Shown here: piece after piece, positions 9,677-20,031 of the stretch
How positions within the stretch are numbered: position 1 is the stretch's first letter
How the letters are laid out: every line of letters starts with the position of its first letter
Virus record (IMG/VR): IMGVR_UViG_3300046170_000173
Origin: a virus
Direction: 5' to 3' (one strand)
DNA length: 64,000 nucleotides
Translations under genes and position numbers: made by a program
The notes under the pieces: model-generated
Databases searched by the model: none
What the model saw: only the letters and a program-made list of their open reading frames with translations
What the model was told of the DNA's origin: nothing

Positions 9677-10618
9677 ATGGAACGTGTTTTGATTACAGGA
9701 GCTGCGGGTTTTATTGGGTCGCAGCTCATGAACCGATTGAGAAACAGAGGTCTTGACGTTATCGGTCTGGATAACTTTAATAGTCACCTCTATGACCCAA
9801 AACTGAAAAGAGATCGAGTCAAAAACTTTGATCTAAATGTCTATAATTGTGACCTTCGTGATGACATCAAGTTAGAAGGTTTGTTACGAGATTTTCAACC
9901 AGACACAATTGTTCACCTCGCCGCAATGGCTGGTGTGCGTGACTCTCTGGGTAAAGAGAAGAGTTATCACGCGAACAACATTGACGCAACCCAGAATTTA
10001 ATTGACCTTTGTAAGAGATACCTACCGGACGTTCGTATCGTTTACGCATCTACTTCATGCGTATACGCGGGATCCCCAGTGCCGTGGGTTGAAGGTAAAG
10101 AGACAGGTAAACAACTTAATGCATATGGGTATACCAAGTGGGCCAACGAGTGTCAAATGCAGTCCTCTACTCTAAACACCACAGGTCTACGTTTCTTCAC
10201 GGTCTACGGACCTTGGGGTCGACCGGACATGGCGTTGTTTGACTTCACCAAGAATATCCTTGCGGGTAATGAGATCACCGTCTACAACTATGGTGATATG
10301 AAACGCGACTTTACCTATGTCGACGACATCAATGACGGCATTGAGATCGTCCTAGATAATGACATCCCGTCCGGTGAGATCTTCAACATCGGACGTGGAG
10401 AACAGGTCGCTTTGATGGACTTTATTTCGGAGATTGAGAAGAACACAGGTAAGGACGCGGATAAGAATCTTGCTCCTAAACATCCGGCAGACACATTAGA
10501 GACTTGGTCCGACACAAGCAAGTTGGCCCAGTATGGATATAATCCAAAGGTCAGTATCGCGGAAGGAGTAGAACGATTCTATGAATGGTATAAAAAATAT
10601 AATGAGGTAGATGCCTAA
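9677..10618 (+). CDS. NAD-dependent epimerase (UDP-glucuronate 4-epimerase-like)
   Basis: TGAAGFIG, HLAAMAGVR, YxxxK, RFFTVYGPWGRPDMA. Confidence 0.93.
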   Translation: MERVLITGAAGFIGSQLMNRLRNRGLDVIGLDNFNSHLYDPKLKRDRVKNFDLNVYNCDLRDDIKLEGLLRDFQPDTIVHLAAMAGVRDSLGKEKSYHANNIDATQNLIDLCKRYLPDVRIVYASTSCVYAGSPVPWVEGKETGKQLNAYGYTKWANECQMQSSTLNTTGLRFFTVYGPWGRPDMALFDFTKNILAGNEITVYNYGDMKRDFTYVDDINDGIEIVLDNDIPSGEIFNIGRGEQVALMDFISEIEKNTGKDADKNLAPKHPADTLETWSDTSKLAQYGYNPKVSIAEGVERFYEWYKKYNEVDA

Positions 10619-11601
10619 TGGCAACTGACAATACGGAAAAAACTTTCCGACTTGCAATAGTTGGACATGGGTTTGTGGGACAGGCGGTTGAGTTTGCCTT
10701 TACACATCCTCTTGTGCAACACATGTTAATCGATCCAAAAAAATACAATAATGACGTGGAAGACTTCAAGTCCATGTTACCAGACGAACAGCCACATTGC
10801 GTTTTCGTATGTGCACCAACACCGTCGAACGACGACGGTTCGGTAAACTCATCGATCGTAGAGAGTTCGGTATTGAAAGCACTGAACTACACAAACGCAT
10901 TGGTTGTTGTAAAATCAACTATCACACCGGACGTGGTCGATCGTTTGTACGCGTCCATGTCCAAAGAACAACACGACAGATTTTGTTACAACCCAGAGTT
11001 CCTAACAGAGAAGAATGCGAAGGCGGATTTCGTCTCTGCAAAATTCCACGTGATGGGAGGTACACCACAGGCAGTACTTGAAATAGTAGATATCTATGAG
11101 ATCTTTGGTTCATGTGAGTCTAATGACTATCACAGAATGAGTGCTTATGAAGCGTCCTTTGTTAAATACACGATAAACTCTTTCCTATCAACTAAGGTGA
11201 CCTTCTTCAATCAGTTGTACGATCTGGTTAACTTGTATGGGTGCAACTTTAACACAGTTGTTCGTGCTGTTGGACAAGACGATCGTGTAGGTGTGGGACA
11301 TACTCGTGTACCAGGCTTCGATGGAAAACGTGGATTCGGTGGTGCGTGTTTACCAAAAGACACCAAGGCATTCTTACGATTTTCTACACATGATATGGAC
11401 GACGGCACAGTTGCGTCGTTTGATTTACTTGAAAAAGTTCTTGACATCAACAGCGATTATAGGGTACAATACGACCTCGATGAACGTGAAAAAGTCAACA
11501 ACATTACATTCGTAGATTTCGGAGGAAGCAAGAATGTCGATAATGGACAAACTAAAGAAGAACAGCAAGATCAAGGAGACAGCGACCCTCTCGACGAGTA
11601 A
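10618..11601 (+). CDS. ugd: UDP-glucose 6-dehydrogenase family
   Basis: GHGFVG, KST, NPEFL, GFGGACLPKD. Confidence 0.92.
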   Translation: MATDNTEKTFRLAIVGHGFVGQAVEFAFTHPLVQHMLIDPKKYNNDVEDFKSMLPDEQPHCVFVCAPTPSNDDGSVNSSIVESSVLKALNYTNALVVVKSTITPDVVDRLYASMSKEQHDRFCYNPEFLTEKNAKADFVSAKFHVMGGTPQAVLEIVDIYEIFGSCESNDYHRMSAYEASFVKYTINSFLSTKVTFFNQLYDLVNLYGCNFNTVVRAVGQDDRVGVGHTRVPGFDGKRGFGGACLPKDTKAFLRFSTHDMDDGTVASFDLLEKVLDINSDYRVQYDLDEREKVNNITFVDFGGSKNVDNGQTKEEQQDQGDSDPLDE

Positions 11602-12589
11602 GTTCTTCACTGAAAAAGATATGGTACCTACCGACGTTCCGATGGTGAACGTCGCGTTATCCGGTTCGGTTAATGGTGGTATCTCGCCTGGGCTTACCGT
11701 TCTTGCGGGACCATCAAAACACTTTAAGACATCATTCGCATTACTTATGGCGGGTGCATACTTGAACGCAAAACCAGAGGCAGTTGTCCTCTTTTATGAT
11801 TCGGAGTTCGGTTCTCCGCAATCATACTTTGAACAGTTCGGTGTCGACACTGACCGTGTCCTACACACACCGATCGCAAACGTCGAAGAACTCAAGTTCG
11901 ATCTGATCAACCAGTTGGAAGAACTCGACCGTGACGATGACGTGATTATTATCATCGACTCTATCGGTAACCTTGCGTCCAAGAAAGAACTAGAGGATGC
12001 ACTGAACGAGAAGGGTGTCGCAGACATGTCTCGTGCGAAAGCACTGAAAGGTCTGTTCCGTATGGCGACCCCATACTTGACGATGAAGAATATCCCTCTT
12101 ATCGCAATCAACCACACATACAAAGAGATCGGTTTATTTCCAAAAGATATCGTTGGTGGTGGAACAGGTATCTACTACTCTGCTGACAATATTTGGATTA
12201 TTGGTCGTCAACAAGAGAAACAAGGAACAGAAGTTGTTGGATACAATTTTGTTATCAATATAGAGAAATCTCGTTATGTCAAAGAGAAGTCAAAAATTCC
12301 TATCGGAGTTTCGTGGGAAGGGGGTGTTCAAAAGTATAGTGGTCTTCTCGATGTCGCTCTTGCTGGCGGTTATGTCGCTAAGCCTTCTAACGGTTGGTAT
12401 CAAAAAGTTGACACAACTACAGGCGAACTCGTTGGGACTAAAGTACGAACAAAGGACACCTTGAACGCGGAGTTCTGGGAACCTGTTTTCGAAACAACAA
12501 ATTTCTCAGACTTCTTACAGAAGACCTATAGGATTGGTTATTCCAGTGAAGTCGACGCAGAACTCATTGCTGAGTTGGAGGAAGTATGA
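11534..12589 (+). CDS. uvsX: RecA-like recombinase UvsX
   Basis: AGPSKHFKT, YDSEFG, IDSIGNLAS. Confidence 0.97.
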   Translation: MSIMDKLKKNSKIKETATLSTSKFFTEKDMVPTDVPMVNVALSGSVNGGISPGLTVLAGPSKHFKTSFALLMAGAYLNAKPEAVVLFYDSEFGSPQSYFEQFGVDTDRVLHTPIANVEELKFDLINQLEELDRDDDVIIIIDSIGNLASKKELEDALNEKGVADMSRAKALKGLFRMATPYLTMKNIPLIAINHTYKEIGLFPKDIVGGGTGIYYSADNIWIIGRQQEKQGTEVVGYNFVINIEKSRYVKEKSKIPIGVSWEGGVQKYSGLLDVALAGGYVAKPSNGWYQKVDTTTGELVGTKVRTKDTLNAEFWEPVFETTNFSDFLQKTYRIGYSSEVDAELIAELEEV

Positions 12590-12936
12590 AAGATTTAAAT
12601 TTAGACAAACCAAACGAAGGGATTGACTACGATCTCGAAGCGGTCTCACATAGTGGTGAAAATATGTGGAACGTTAACATCTATCGGGCACCCTATAACA
12701 ACGTGTCGATTCGTTACCGGAATGTCCAGATCAATGAAGAAATGGGTGGTATAAATTTTAACTTCGATATTGTTGACACACCCGACGAATCCGTGTATAA
12801 TGTAGAAAATGTCGAGTTACAAAGTTTTGCGGCGGATGTTCTGCAAGACATTATTGAACGACTAGCTTCTAAATCTGAGGGTTCAAATGACGGAAATCAA
12901 TCTACAACAGACGATTCTACGGAATCTACTGACTAA
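12586..12936 (+). CDS. gp40-like protein
   Basis: Syntenic position between uvsX and gp41; acidic, 116 aa. Confidence 0.5.
   Translation: MKDLNLDKPNEGIDYDLEAVSHSGENMWNVNIYRAPYNNVSIRYRNVQINEEMGGINFNFDIVDTPDESVYNVENVELQSFAADVLQDIIERLASKSEGSNDGNQSTTDDSTESTD
12773..12801 (+). promoter_or_regulatory. internal sigma70-type promoter for gp41
   Basis: TTGACA-17-TATAAT. Confidence 0.75.
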
Positions 12937-14281
12937 CGATCCATACACGAGGAAGGTCGCCGCCTTCCTCTCACCGGATTACTTTGAGGGGACATACCAG
13001 TCCATTCTCAAAGAGACACTCAAATACATCGGGAAGTTCAATCGCCTACCGACACTGGAGGCATTCAAGATTGAGATTGATGATAACGATCGTCTACCGG
13101 ACGAACAGTATCGTCATGCGATGGAAATCCTTCCCAATATTTTCACACGTGCCGATGAAGATATGGACTGGTTGGTCGAGAAGACCGAAAAGTTCTGTCA
13201 GGACCGTGCGGTTTTCAATGCGGTCATGGAGTCAATCTCTATTATCGACGGCAAACACCAGACTCTCAGTAAGAACGCAATCCCAGACGTATTGACCAAG
13301 GCACTGTCAGTGTCGTTCGATACCAACATCGGTCACGACTATCTTGAGAACTCTGACGCACGATTCGACTTCTACCATCTAGAAGAGGAACGCATCCCGT
13401 TCGATCTGGACTACTTTAACAGAATCACCAAGGGCGGTCTGCCTAACAAGACCTTAAACATCGCTCTCGCGGGCACGGGTGTGGGTAAGTCTCTATTCAT
13501 GTGTCACTCTGCCGCAGGGGCTCTCAGTTCTGGTAAGAACGTTCTATACCTCACTATGGAAATGTCCGAAGAACGGATCGCGGAACGTATCGACGCGAAC
13601 CTACTTAACGTGCCTATAGACCAACTCGAACACTTGAGCAAACCAATGTTCGATGACCGCGTCTCAAGAGTCAAGGGTAAGACCGAAGGTAAACTGATCA
13701 TCAAGGAATACCCAACGGGCAGTGCACACGCGAACCATTTCCGTGCGTTGTTTAATGAACTCAAACTGAAGAAACAGTTTGTCCCCGATATCATCTATAT
13801 CGATTATCTCAACATCTGCGCCAGTGCGCGTATGAAAGGAATGGGCGGTGCTATTAACTCGTATTCGTATATCAAGTCTATTGCTGAAGAGTTACGTGGT
13901 CTTGCCGTGGAATTCGACGTGCCGATCGTGTCTGCAACGCAGACGACTCGTTCGGGTTTTAATAATGATGACGTGGGGTTGGAAGATACGTCCGAGTCTT
14001 TTGGACTACCCGCAACCGCCGACTTCATGTTCGCACTTATATCCAATGACGAACTCAAAGCAAACAACCAGATCCTAGTCAAACAGTTGAAAAACCGATA
14101 TAACGATTTGAATACATACCAGAGATTTGTTGTAGGTATTGACCGTAGTAAAATGCGTCTATATGACGTTGATCAAAATGATTCACCCCTAAATAAAGAA
14201 GTAGATAATGGACCAGCGTTTGATAACTCTAATTCCGGTCAACGAATTGATTCCGAAAAATTCGAAAACTTTAAATTTTAA
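12887..14281 (+). CDS. gp41: DnaB-like replicative helicase (T4 gp41)
   Basis: AGTGVGKS, IDYLNI, SATQTTR, SESFGLPATAD, KNRY. Confidence 0.97.
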   Translation: MTEINLQQTILRNLLTNDPYTRKVAAFLSPDYFEGTYQSILKETLKYIGKFNRLPTLEAFKIEIDDNDRLPDEQYRHAMEILPNIFTRADEDMDWLVEKTEKFCQDRAVFNAVMESISIIDGKHQTLSKNAIPDVLTKALSVSFDTNIGHDYLENSDARFDFYHLEEERIPFDLDYFNRITKGGLPNKTLNIALAGTGVGKSLFMCHSAAGALSSGKNVLYLTMEMSEERIAERIDANLLNVPIDQLEHLSKPMFDDRVSRVKGKTEGKLIIKEYPTGSAHANHFRALFNELKLKKQFVPDIIYIDYLNICASARMKGMGGAINSYSYIKSIAEELRGLAVEFDVPIVSATQTTRSGFNNDDVGLEDTSESFGLPATADFMFALISNDELKANNQILVKQLKNRYNDLNTYQRFVVGIDRSKMRLYDVDQNDSPLNKEVDNGPAFDNSNSGQRIDSEKFENFKF

Positions 14282-14290
14282 GGGGAAGTT

Positions 14291-14473
14291 ATGGATCCAA
14301 TCCTACACACATTAATAGCGGTAGTACTTATGTGGACGTGCTACTTTGTTGGAGGCATTTTGGGGAAACAAAGAGGTATAGAAAACACTCTTGTGTATCT
14401 TCTAAATACGGGTGCCTGTACTGAAGAAGATTTAAGAAAGGCTAATGAGGAATTCGACAAAAAAAACCAATAA
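14291..14473 (+). CDS. small membrane protein
   Basis: N-terminal hydrophobic helix, SD. Confidence 0.7.
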   Translation: MDPILHTLIAVVLMWTCYFVGGILGKQRGIENTLVYLLNTGACTEEDLRKANEEFDKKNQ

Positions 14474-14642
14474 GGTTTATACCTGTCCGGTGGTGGATAC
14501 CATCTTAGAGGGCGACTGTGCCTTCGAAATACCGGATGAACTTTACCAAAAGTTCGATCTGAAAGATGGAGATAAAGTCTCTTTTAAACACCAGATCGGC
14601 GATCGGTATTCTATGATTATTAAACGAGGTGGCCGCGTATGA
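14445..14642 (+). CDS. AbrB/SpoVT-like small DNA-binding protein
   Basis: FEIPDELYQKFDLKDGDKVSF. Confidence 0.55.
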   Translation: MRNSTKKTNKVYTCPVVDTILEGDCAFEIPDELYQKFDLKDGDKVSFKHQIGDRYSMIIKRGGRV

Positions 14643-15319
14643 CAGAAGTGGTTATTCGTAACAAAGACATGTTGAAAACTCTGAACAGTTTTTCAGATGA
14701 GATGCTGTCTAAACCGTCGTACAACGACGAAAAGTATTGGACCTATCATGAACGCAAGGATGTGGATCTAGGGTCGTACTACACATCACGTGAGTATCTC
14801 CTAGACTGTTTATCCCGCGGCCGTGATGGTCTAGTTGGCCCGCCCGATAGATACTTCGCACAACCAATCTCCAAAATGGTGCGTGAAGACAAAGAGATGT
14901 GGGGTGGATTTATGCAAAAGGTCAAATATGACTTTGCGTCAGAACTTGGCGCACATACATCTGCCCTACTATCTTACTATCCACCAGGCGGTTTTGTGGG
15001 TTGGCATACTAACTTTGATGCCAATGCGTATCAAGTCTTGTTTACGTGGTCAGAGACCGGAGACGGGTTCTTTGAATACTATGACAAGAAGAACGATGAG
15101 ATTGTAAAAATACCAGATGTCCCTGGCTGGCAATGCCGACACTATTATTTTGGTGCGGGTCATGAAGAAGACCTACACTGTTGGCACGCCGCATACGCTG
15201 AGTGTCAACGTATCACCCTTGCGTACAAGTTTGTGAATAATGGTAGTGTAGATAATCCTGAAGACGCACAGGCACGTGCTATGCGCGACATGTTGATTGA
15301 AGATATTGAGACAGAGTAA
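14639..15319 (+). CDS. 2OG-Fe(II) oxygenase-like protein
   Basis: YYPPGGFVGWHTN...WHAA...R. Confidence 0.65.
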   Translation: MTEVVIRNKDMLKTLNSFSDEMLSKPSYNDEKYWTYHERKDVDLGSYYTSREYLLDCLSRGRDGLVGPPDRYFAQPISKMVREDKEMWGGFMQKVKYDFASELGAHTSALLSYYPPGGFVGWHTNFDANAYQVLFTWSETGDGFFEYYDKKNDEIVKIPDVPGWQCRHYYFGAGHEEDLHCWHAAYAECQRITLAYKFVNNGSVDNPEDAQARAMRDMLIEDIETE

Positions 15320-15694
15320 TGTATTCCGACAAGGTTATAGATCACTACGAGAACCCACGCAATGTGGGTAAGATGGACAAGGAAGACGACAACGTAGGAA
15401 CTGGCATGGTCGGTGCACCCGGCGTGTGGTGATGTGATGCAACTCCAGATCCTTGTCGGTGATGATGGAATCATTGAAGATGCGAAATTCAAAACTTATG
15501 GTTGTGGTAGTGCTATTGCTTCTAGTTCTCTACTCACTGAATGGGTCAAAGGTAAAAATATCGAAGACGCAGGGAATATCCGTAATACAGACATCGCCAA
15601 AGAACTCGCACTTCCACCCGTAAAAATCCATTGCAGTGTACTCGCAGAGGATGCGATCAAAGCTGCTATCAAAGACTATAAAGAGAAGAATTAA
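15319..15694 (+). CDS. iscU: Fe-S cluster scaffold IscU (one extra C at ~15418-15420)
   Basis: MYSDKVIDHYENPRNVG...GAP/ACGDVM, GCGSAIAS, LPPVKIHCS. Confidence 0.95.
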
Positions 15695-16482
15695 TGTTAA
15701 TGACAGCAGGATGCAGTTTCGTCTGGGGAGACGAACTGGAAGGTTTTGATAATGACCCAGCAACGCACTGGGAACTAACTTTCACTCACTTATTGGGTCA
15801 GAAGTTAGGTATTGAACACAAGAACCTTGGAATTTGTGGTGCGTGTAACGACAAGATTTTCCGTCAAGCGACAGACTTTTTACACGAAAACCCAGGCCGA
15901 GTGACTCACATGGTTATCATGTGGTCTGCACTTCAACGCAAAGAACTCGTTGAGTATATGCCACCAAAACGTCAAGTTAAGATCGGTCGACAAAACGATG
16001 TTACTCAGTTTTCTTCATTGAGAACCGACTGCATCTACAGTGATCAAAAAAGATCCCGTTGGCAAGATTGGTATGACAACGCATATGATTCCAAAACAGA
16101 TATCCTACACATGTTAGTGATGATGAAGAACATGGAGGTTATAGCAAGAGCCGCAGGTATCAAGTTGATACAGGGATCCTTTCACCAAAGAAACTGGTCT
16201 AATATTCTTTCTGTTTTGACTGACAAATTACCACCTGATTCTCAATTTGCCCGCCTTCCTTTTGATTCTAGGATTGATAACATCCCAGAGTATAAACAGT
16301 GGTTGAAAGATTCTATCGGTAACCTTGATGACAATAGTCGTGTTGGTATGGGTCGTGGAAAAGATCTCTACACTCTCGCAATAGAAGGCGACGATCTCAA
16401 ACCACATGGACACCCAGGCGAAAAAACTCAGGTAGTGTTCACAGACTTCTTATATGAAAAATTTGTTGACATGGACTCATAG
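15694..16482 (+). CDS. SGNH-hydrolase-like phage protein
   Basis: GCSF..G, NLG..G..N, C-terminal HP. Confidence 0.6.
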   Translation: MLMTAGCSFVWGDELEGFDNDPATHWELTFTHLLGQKLGIEHKNLGICGACNDKIFRQATDFLHENPGRVTHMVIMWSALQRKELVEYMPPKRQVKIGRQNDVTQFSSLRTDCIYSDQKRSRWQDWYDNAYDSKTDILHMLVMMKNMEVIARAAGIKLIQGSFHQRNWSNILSVLTDKLPPDSQFARLPFDSRIDNIPEYKQWLKDSIGNLDDNSRVGMGRGKDLYTLAIEGDDLKPHGHPGEKTQVVFTDFLYEKFVDMDS

Positions 16483-16530
16483 TTGTAGTATACTGTTCCT
16501 CGTAAATTAGTAAACCAATGAGGTAATGCA

Positions 16531-16755
16531 GTGCCCTACATCGATGTTTTTGTAGACGACGATCAATTCGATAGAATCATAGTTGAAGAAATAGACTTCG
16601 CAATGGCAGAAGACCGCGAGATGGACACTGATCCTGAGTTGCGTCGTGCCATGATGGTAGTCCGAAACTATTTCAACAATCAATCAAACATGATTCAAAA
16701 ATCTTTCCCATTCATGTATACCCAAGAGGAGATGGATAATGTCCTATCAAGATAA
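16531..16755 (+). CDS. hypothetical protein
   Basis: GTG start, SD GAGG, upstream TTGACA/TATACT promoter. Confidence 0.7.
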   Translation: MPYIDVFVDDDQFDRIIVEEIDFAMAEDREMDTDPELRRAMMVVRNYFNNQSNMIQKSFPFMYTQEEMDNVLSR

Positions 16756-16873
16756 TTTAGTCCAAGAGTACGGCCACCTTGTTAAAAAGTGGGGAGAAAA
16801 CCCAAGTTCAAAATACAAGCGTGAACACCTTGTGAAACTGCGAAAGTATCTGTTTCGAACAATGTTCAAATAA
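16739..16873 (+). CDS. hypothetical protein, 44 aa
   Basis: MSYQDNLVQEYGH...; SD GAGGAG; TAATG-coupled to next gene. Confidence 0.65.
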   Translation: MSYQDNLVQEYGHLVKKWGENPSSKYKREHLVKLRKYLFRTMFK

Positions 16874-17355
16874 TGTTTCGTTATATTGCAATAGCGTTTG
16901 TTGTGGGTATAACGTCCTACGCATACGCACAGGAAGAAAAGACGAATAATGAGATTGAATGCCTTGCGATGAATATCTATCACGAGGCGAGATCTGAGAG
17001 TCTTGCTGGACAATATGCGGTTGCTGACGTGGTTCTCAATCGCGTAGAGTCCAGACTCTATCCTAACAGTATTTGCGGGGTTGTATTCCAAGCAGTGACT
17101 TGGGAGGAAGTTCCAGTCCGTAACAAGTGCCAGTTCAGTTGGTACTGTGATGGTAAGTCGGACCATCCTACCGAAGTTGACTCATGGTTGCGATCTATCA
17201 CTGTTGCAGTTAACATCTTACACAAGGCACAATTTCGTGGTCTCACAGAGAGTGCGACTCACTATCACACCGACTATGTCAGTCCTAACTGGAACAAGTC
17301 TATGGACTACATTGGTCGTATCGGAAATCACCTATTTTATCTGGAGACAAGATGA
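16873..17355 (+). CDS. SleB/Hydrolase_2 cell wall hydrolase
   Basis: CLAMNIYHEARSE, VVLNRV, CQFSWYCDGK, ATHYH; signal peptide. Confidence 0.93.
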   Translation: MFRYIAIAFVVGITSYAYAQEEKTNNEIECLAMNIYHEARSESLAGQYAVADVVLNRVESRLYPNSICGVVFQAVTWEEVPVRNKCQFSWYCDGKSDHPTEVDSWLRSITVAVNILHKAQFRGLTESATHYHTDYVSPNWNKSMDYIGRIGNHLFYLETR

Positions 17356-17582
17356 TTTTAGAATGCTTGATGTGTTTGTCACTAGAATCTGATATTCCCT
17401 ATATACCTAAAGAAACAAAAACACGGCGTATCGTGCGCGAGTTGTTTGAAGACTCTTATCAAAAAAAGAAGTCGTTTCTAAATGTACGTAAAGTCATCGT
17501 TCCGATTGACCAGCGTACAGATTTTGTCGTGAGAATTAAGAAGAAAAAATTCTTAACTGTTGTTTATTATTTCGATATCTGA
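17352..17582 (+). CDS. hypothetical protein
   Basis: ATGA overlap, SD GGAG. Confidence 0.6.
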   Translation: MILECLMCLSLESDIPYIPKETKTRRIVRELFEDSYQKKKSFLNVRKVIVPIDQRTDFVVRIKKKKFLTVVYYFDI

Positions 17583-17634
17583 TATAATTAACTATTGACA
17601 AATCAATCATTCAGAGGTATAATTAGGGGACGAA

Positions 17635-17889
17635 ATGGAAGGATTAACTTACCCGTCGACATATTTTCGTGATGGCGCTGTTGATCTTGGTAATGTTTAC
17701 ATAGCGATGGATCCACTTGGATTTATCATTGGTGTTTACAGATGTCCGGAGAGGGCAATAGACAGGGCGATATCAGAAGTCAATGGTCATTTTCTCGACC
17801 AGTGTCACGTTGATGCGACCGACTATGCTATCTTCGTCGAAGGAGAAAAAGGGAAGGTTACGATACTGATTGAATCGATCTTAGCGTAA
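17635..17889 (+). CDS. hypothetical protein
   Basis: Own TTGACA/TATAAT promoter, SD. Confidence 0.7.
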   Translation: MEGLTYPSTYFRDGAVDLGNVYIAMDPLGFIIGVYRCPERAIDRAISEVNGHFLDQCHVDATDYAIFVEGEKGKVTILIESILA

Positions 17890-17910
17890 CCCTATATAAT
17901 GTGCATTTGA

Positions 17911-17986
17911 GTCCCGTTCGTCTAGTGGTCTAGGACTCCGCCCTTTCACGGCGGCAACAGGGGTTCGAACCCCCTACGGGATACCA
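17911..17986 (+). tRNA. tRNA-Glu(TTC)
   Basis: Cloverleaf, anticodon loop CT-TTC-AC, encoded CCA. Confidence 0.97.
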
Positions 17987-18007
17987 CTCACACAGTTGGA
18001 ATTTATT

Positions 18008-19249
18008 ATGAAAAAACGCGACTACACACTTGAACAAGTATGGCAATTACAGGGAACTGTGCAAATTGACCACACCCTCGCAAAGATGGGTGCAACCAAA
18101 CTACGTCAACTTTTTGAAGAAAATGAGTATATTAATACTTTTGGAGCATATAATGGTCAACAAGCAGTACAACACGTCAAAGCAGGACTCAAAGCGATAT
18201 ATCTTTCAGGATGGCAAGTGGCTGCGTCGGCCAACTCTCATGGCGAAGTTTATCCGGATCAGTCGTTATATGCTGTCGATAGCGTTCCTAATGTTGTGCG
18301 TAGCATCAATAATGCATTTCGACGCCAAGACCAGATCGAATATCTGGAAAATGGAAACGGGTTTGAATTTGCCCCTATTATTGCCGATGCTGAAGCAGGA
18401 TTCGGTGGAGTTCTAAATTCTTATGAACTCGCTCGTAACCTCATTGAGGCAGGTGCTGCCGCTGTTCACTTTGAAGACCAAGTTGCTGCCGAAAAGAAGT
18501 GCGGACACCTTGGAGGAAAAGTTCTTATTCCTACTAGTCAGGCTATACGCAATCTTAACGCCGCCCGCCTTGCTAGTGACGTTGCTCGCACCGATACTGT
18601 TGTTATTGCTCGTACTGACGCAGAGTCCGCAAAACTAATCTCCAGTAACATCTCAGACATCGATAAACCATTCATCAAGAGAGTCGCGCAGGGAACTGCG
18701 GGATCCATTCAATGTCGCACACAAGAAGGTTTCTATATGCTCGAAGAGGGCAAGGGACTAGAGTTCGGTTGTGTGCGTGGTCAAGCATACGCAGAATACG
18801 CAGACCTCGTTTGGTGTGAAACATCGACACCAGACTTGAAGGATGCGAAGCGTTTCGCTGACGCGGTCAAAGGTGCAGTCCCAGACGCAATGTTGGCATA
18901 CAACTGTTCACCGTCATTCAACTGGCGCAAGTCAATCCCAGGCGATCAAGAACTAAAAGATTTTCAACGTGAGTTGGGTAAGATGGGATTCAAGTTCCAG
19001 TTTATCACACTTGCAGGATTCCACCAGACTAACTACTCTGTCTTTGATTTCGCAAACCGATACAAAGACGAAGGTATGTACGCATACTCGTTGTTACAAG
19101 AAGCAGAGTTTGCCGCAGAGTCACGTGGATACACAGGTGCGAAGCACCAGAGAGAAGTGGGTGTCGGTTACTTCGATGCCATCACCACTACATTGGGGTC
19201 TAGTTCAACTGCCGCGATGTCAGGATCAACTGAAGAGGACCAGTTCTAA
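18008..19249 (+). CDS. aceA: isocitrate lyase
   Basis: YLSGWQVA, YPDQSLY, KKCGH catalytic motif, AYNCSPSFNW, HQREVG. Confidence 0.98.
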   Translation: MKKRDYTLEQVWQLQGTVQIDHTLAKMGATKLRQLFEENEYINTFGAYNGQQAVQHVKAGLKAIYLSGWQVAASANSHGEVYPDQSLYAVDSVPNVVRSINNAFRRQDQIEYLENGNGFEFAPIIADAEAGFGGVLNSYELARNLIEAGAAAVHFEDQVAAEKKCGHLGGKVLIPTSQAIRNLNAARLASDVARTDTVVIARTDAESAKLISSNISDIDKPFIKRVAQGTAGSIQCRTQEGFYMLEEGKGLEFGCVRGQAYAEYADLVWCETSTPDLKDAKRFADAVKGAVPDAMLAYNCSPSFNWRKSIPGDQELKDFQRELGKMGFKFQFITLAGFHQTNYSVFDFANRYKDEGMYAYSLLQEAEFAAESRGYTGAKHQREVGVGYFDAITTTLGSSSTAAMSGSTEEDQF

Positions 19250-19587
19250 TGTTTAAGAGTATTGGATTTGCAATTTACGACCTTTACAGATATTTCTTTG
19301 ATTTGAAGATCAATCCGCTGAGACACATTCCTAACGAACTTGTGCAGTTTATTCTCATGTTCTACTTGTCGGTGATGTGGTCAGTAGTATTCACCTTCTG
19401 GGCTGGATACACTTGGATGTATGGAATCTATAGTGTGGGTGGTCACCTTATGGTACTTGGTGCATTCTTTATCACCGTTGCTATATTCAGCGATGCTGAG
19501 AAGAATGGTCACTTGTGGGTACAGAGGAGTAAGTTACCCGCAGTACCGAAACGCCGTATTGTTTGGGATGTGGAGAAGGAAGGATGA
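19249..19587 (+). CDS. membrane protein
   Basis: Two hydrophobic helices; NPLRHIP motif. Confidence 0.75.
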   Translation: MFKSIGFAIYDLYRYFFDLKINPLRHIPNELVQFILMFYLSVMWSVVFTFWAGYTWMYGIYSVGGHLMVLGAFFITVAIFSDAEKNGHLWVQRSKLPAVPKRRIVWDVEKEG

Positions 19588-19811
19588 TTGAGATTGCGGA
19601 GTCGCCTATTTCCAAAACAGGTAACTCAGAGTGGGATGACACTTTTAACGAGTGTTTTTATGAAAACGCAAAAACCGTGATGTGGCCACATAGTTGTATG
19701 CATGACGGTTACATATATGTCGCACGAGGAGAAGAATGTTCTTGGTGCGGTGGAAAAGAAGAAGACGAACCACAGGGTGAAAATGTTGTGGTCCCTATAT
19801 TAAAGCTGTGA
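19584..19811 (+). CDS. hypothetical protein, Cys/His-rich
   Basis: WxHxC...CSWC. Confidence 0.65.
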   Translation: MIEIAESPISKTGNSEWDDTFNECFYENAKTVMWPHSCMHDGYIYVARGEECSWCGGKEEDEPQGENVVVPILKL

Positions 19812-19818
19812 GGTAACA

Positions 19819-20031
19819 ATGCCAATTAAGTACAAAGAAGATAGTATCGTGAAAGATCGTATGACATTAAAGGTCACGACATCACGTTTCTATGTAAAGA
19901 ACCTTTCGACGGAATCGTTGTGGAATGAGTTTTTATCATGCCGCACACCTAAGTTGAAACAGAAGTTCCGCAATGAACTCGTGGCACGTAAAGTCACTCA
20001 TGAAGAGATGGTGGAACGGGCAAACGCGTGA
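19819..20031 (+). CDS. hypothetical protein
   Basis: SD GAGG; PKLKQKFRNEL. Confidence 0.7.
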   Translation: MPIKYKEDSIVKDRMTLKVTTSRFYVKNLSTESLWNEFLSCRTPKLKQKFRNELVARKVTHEEMVERANA

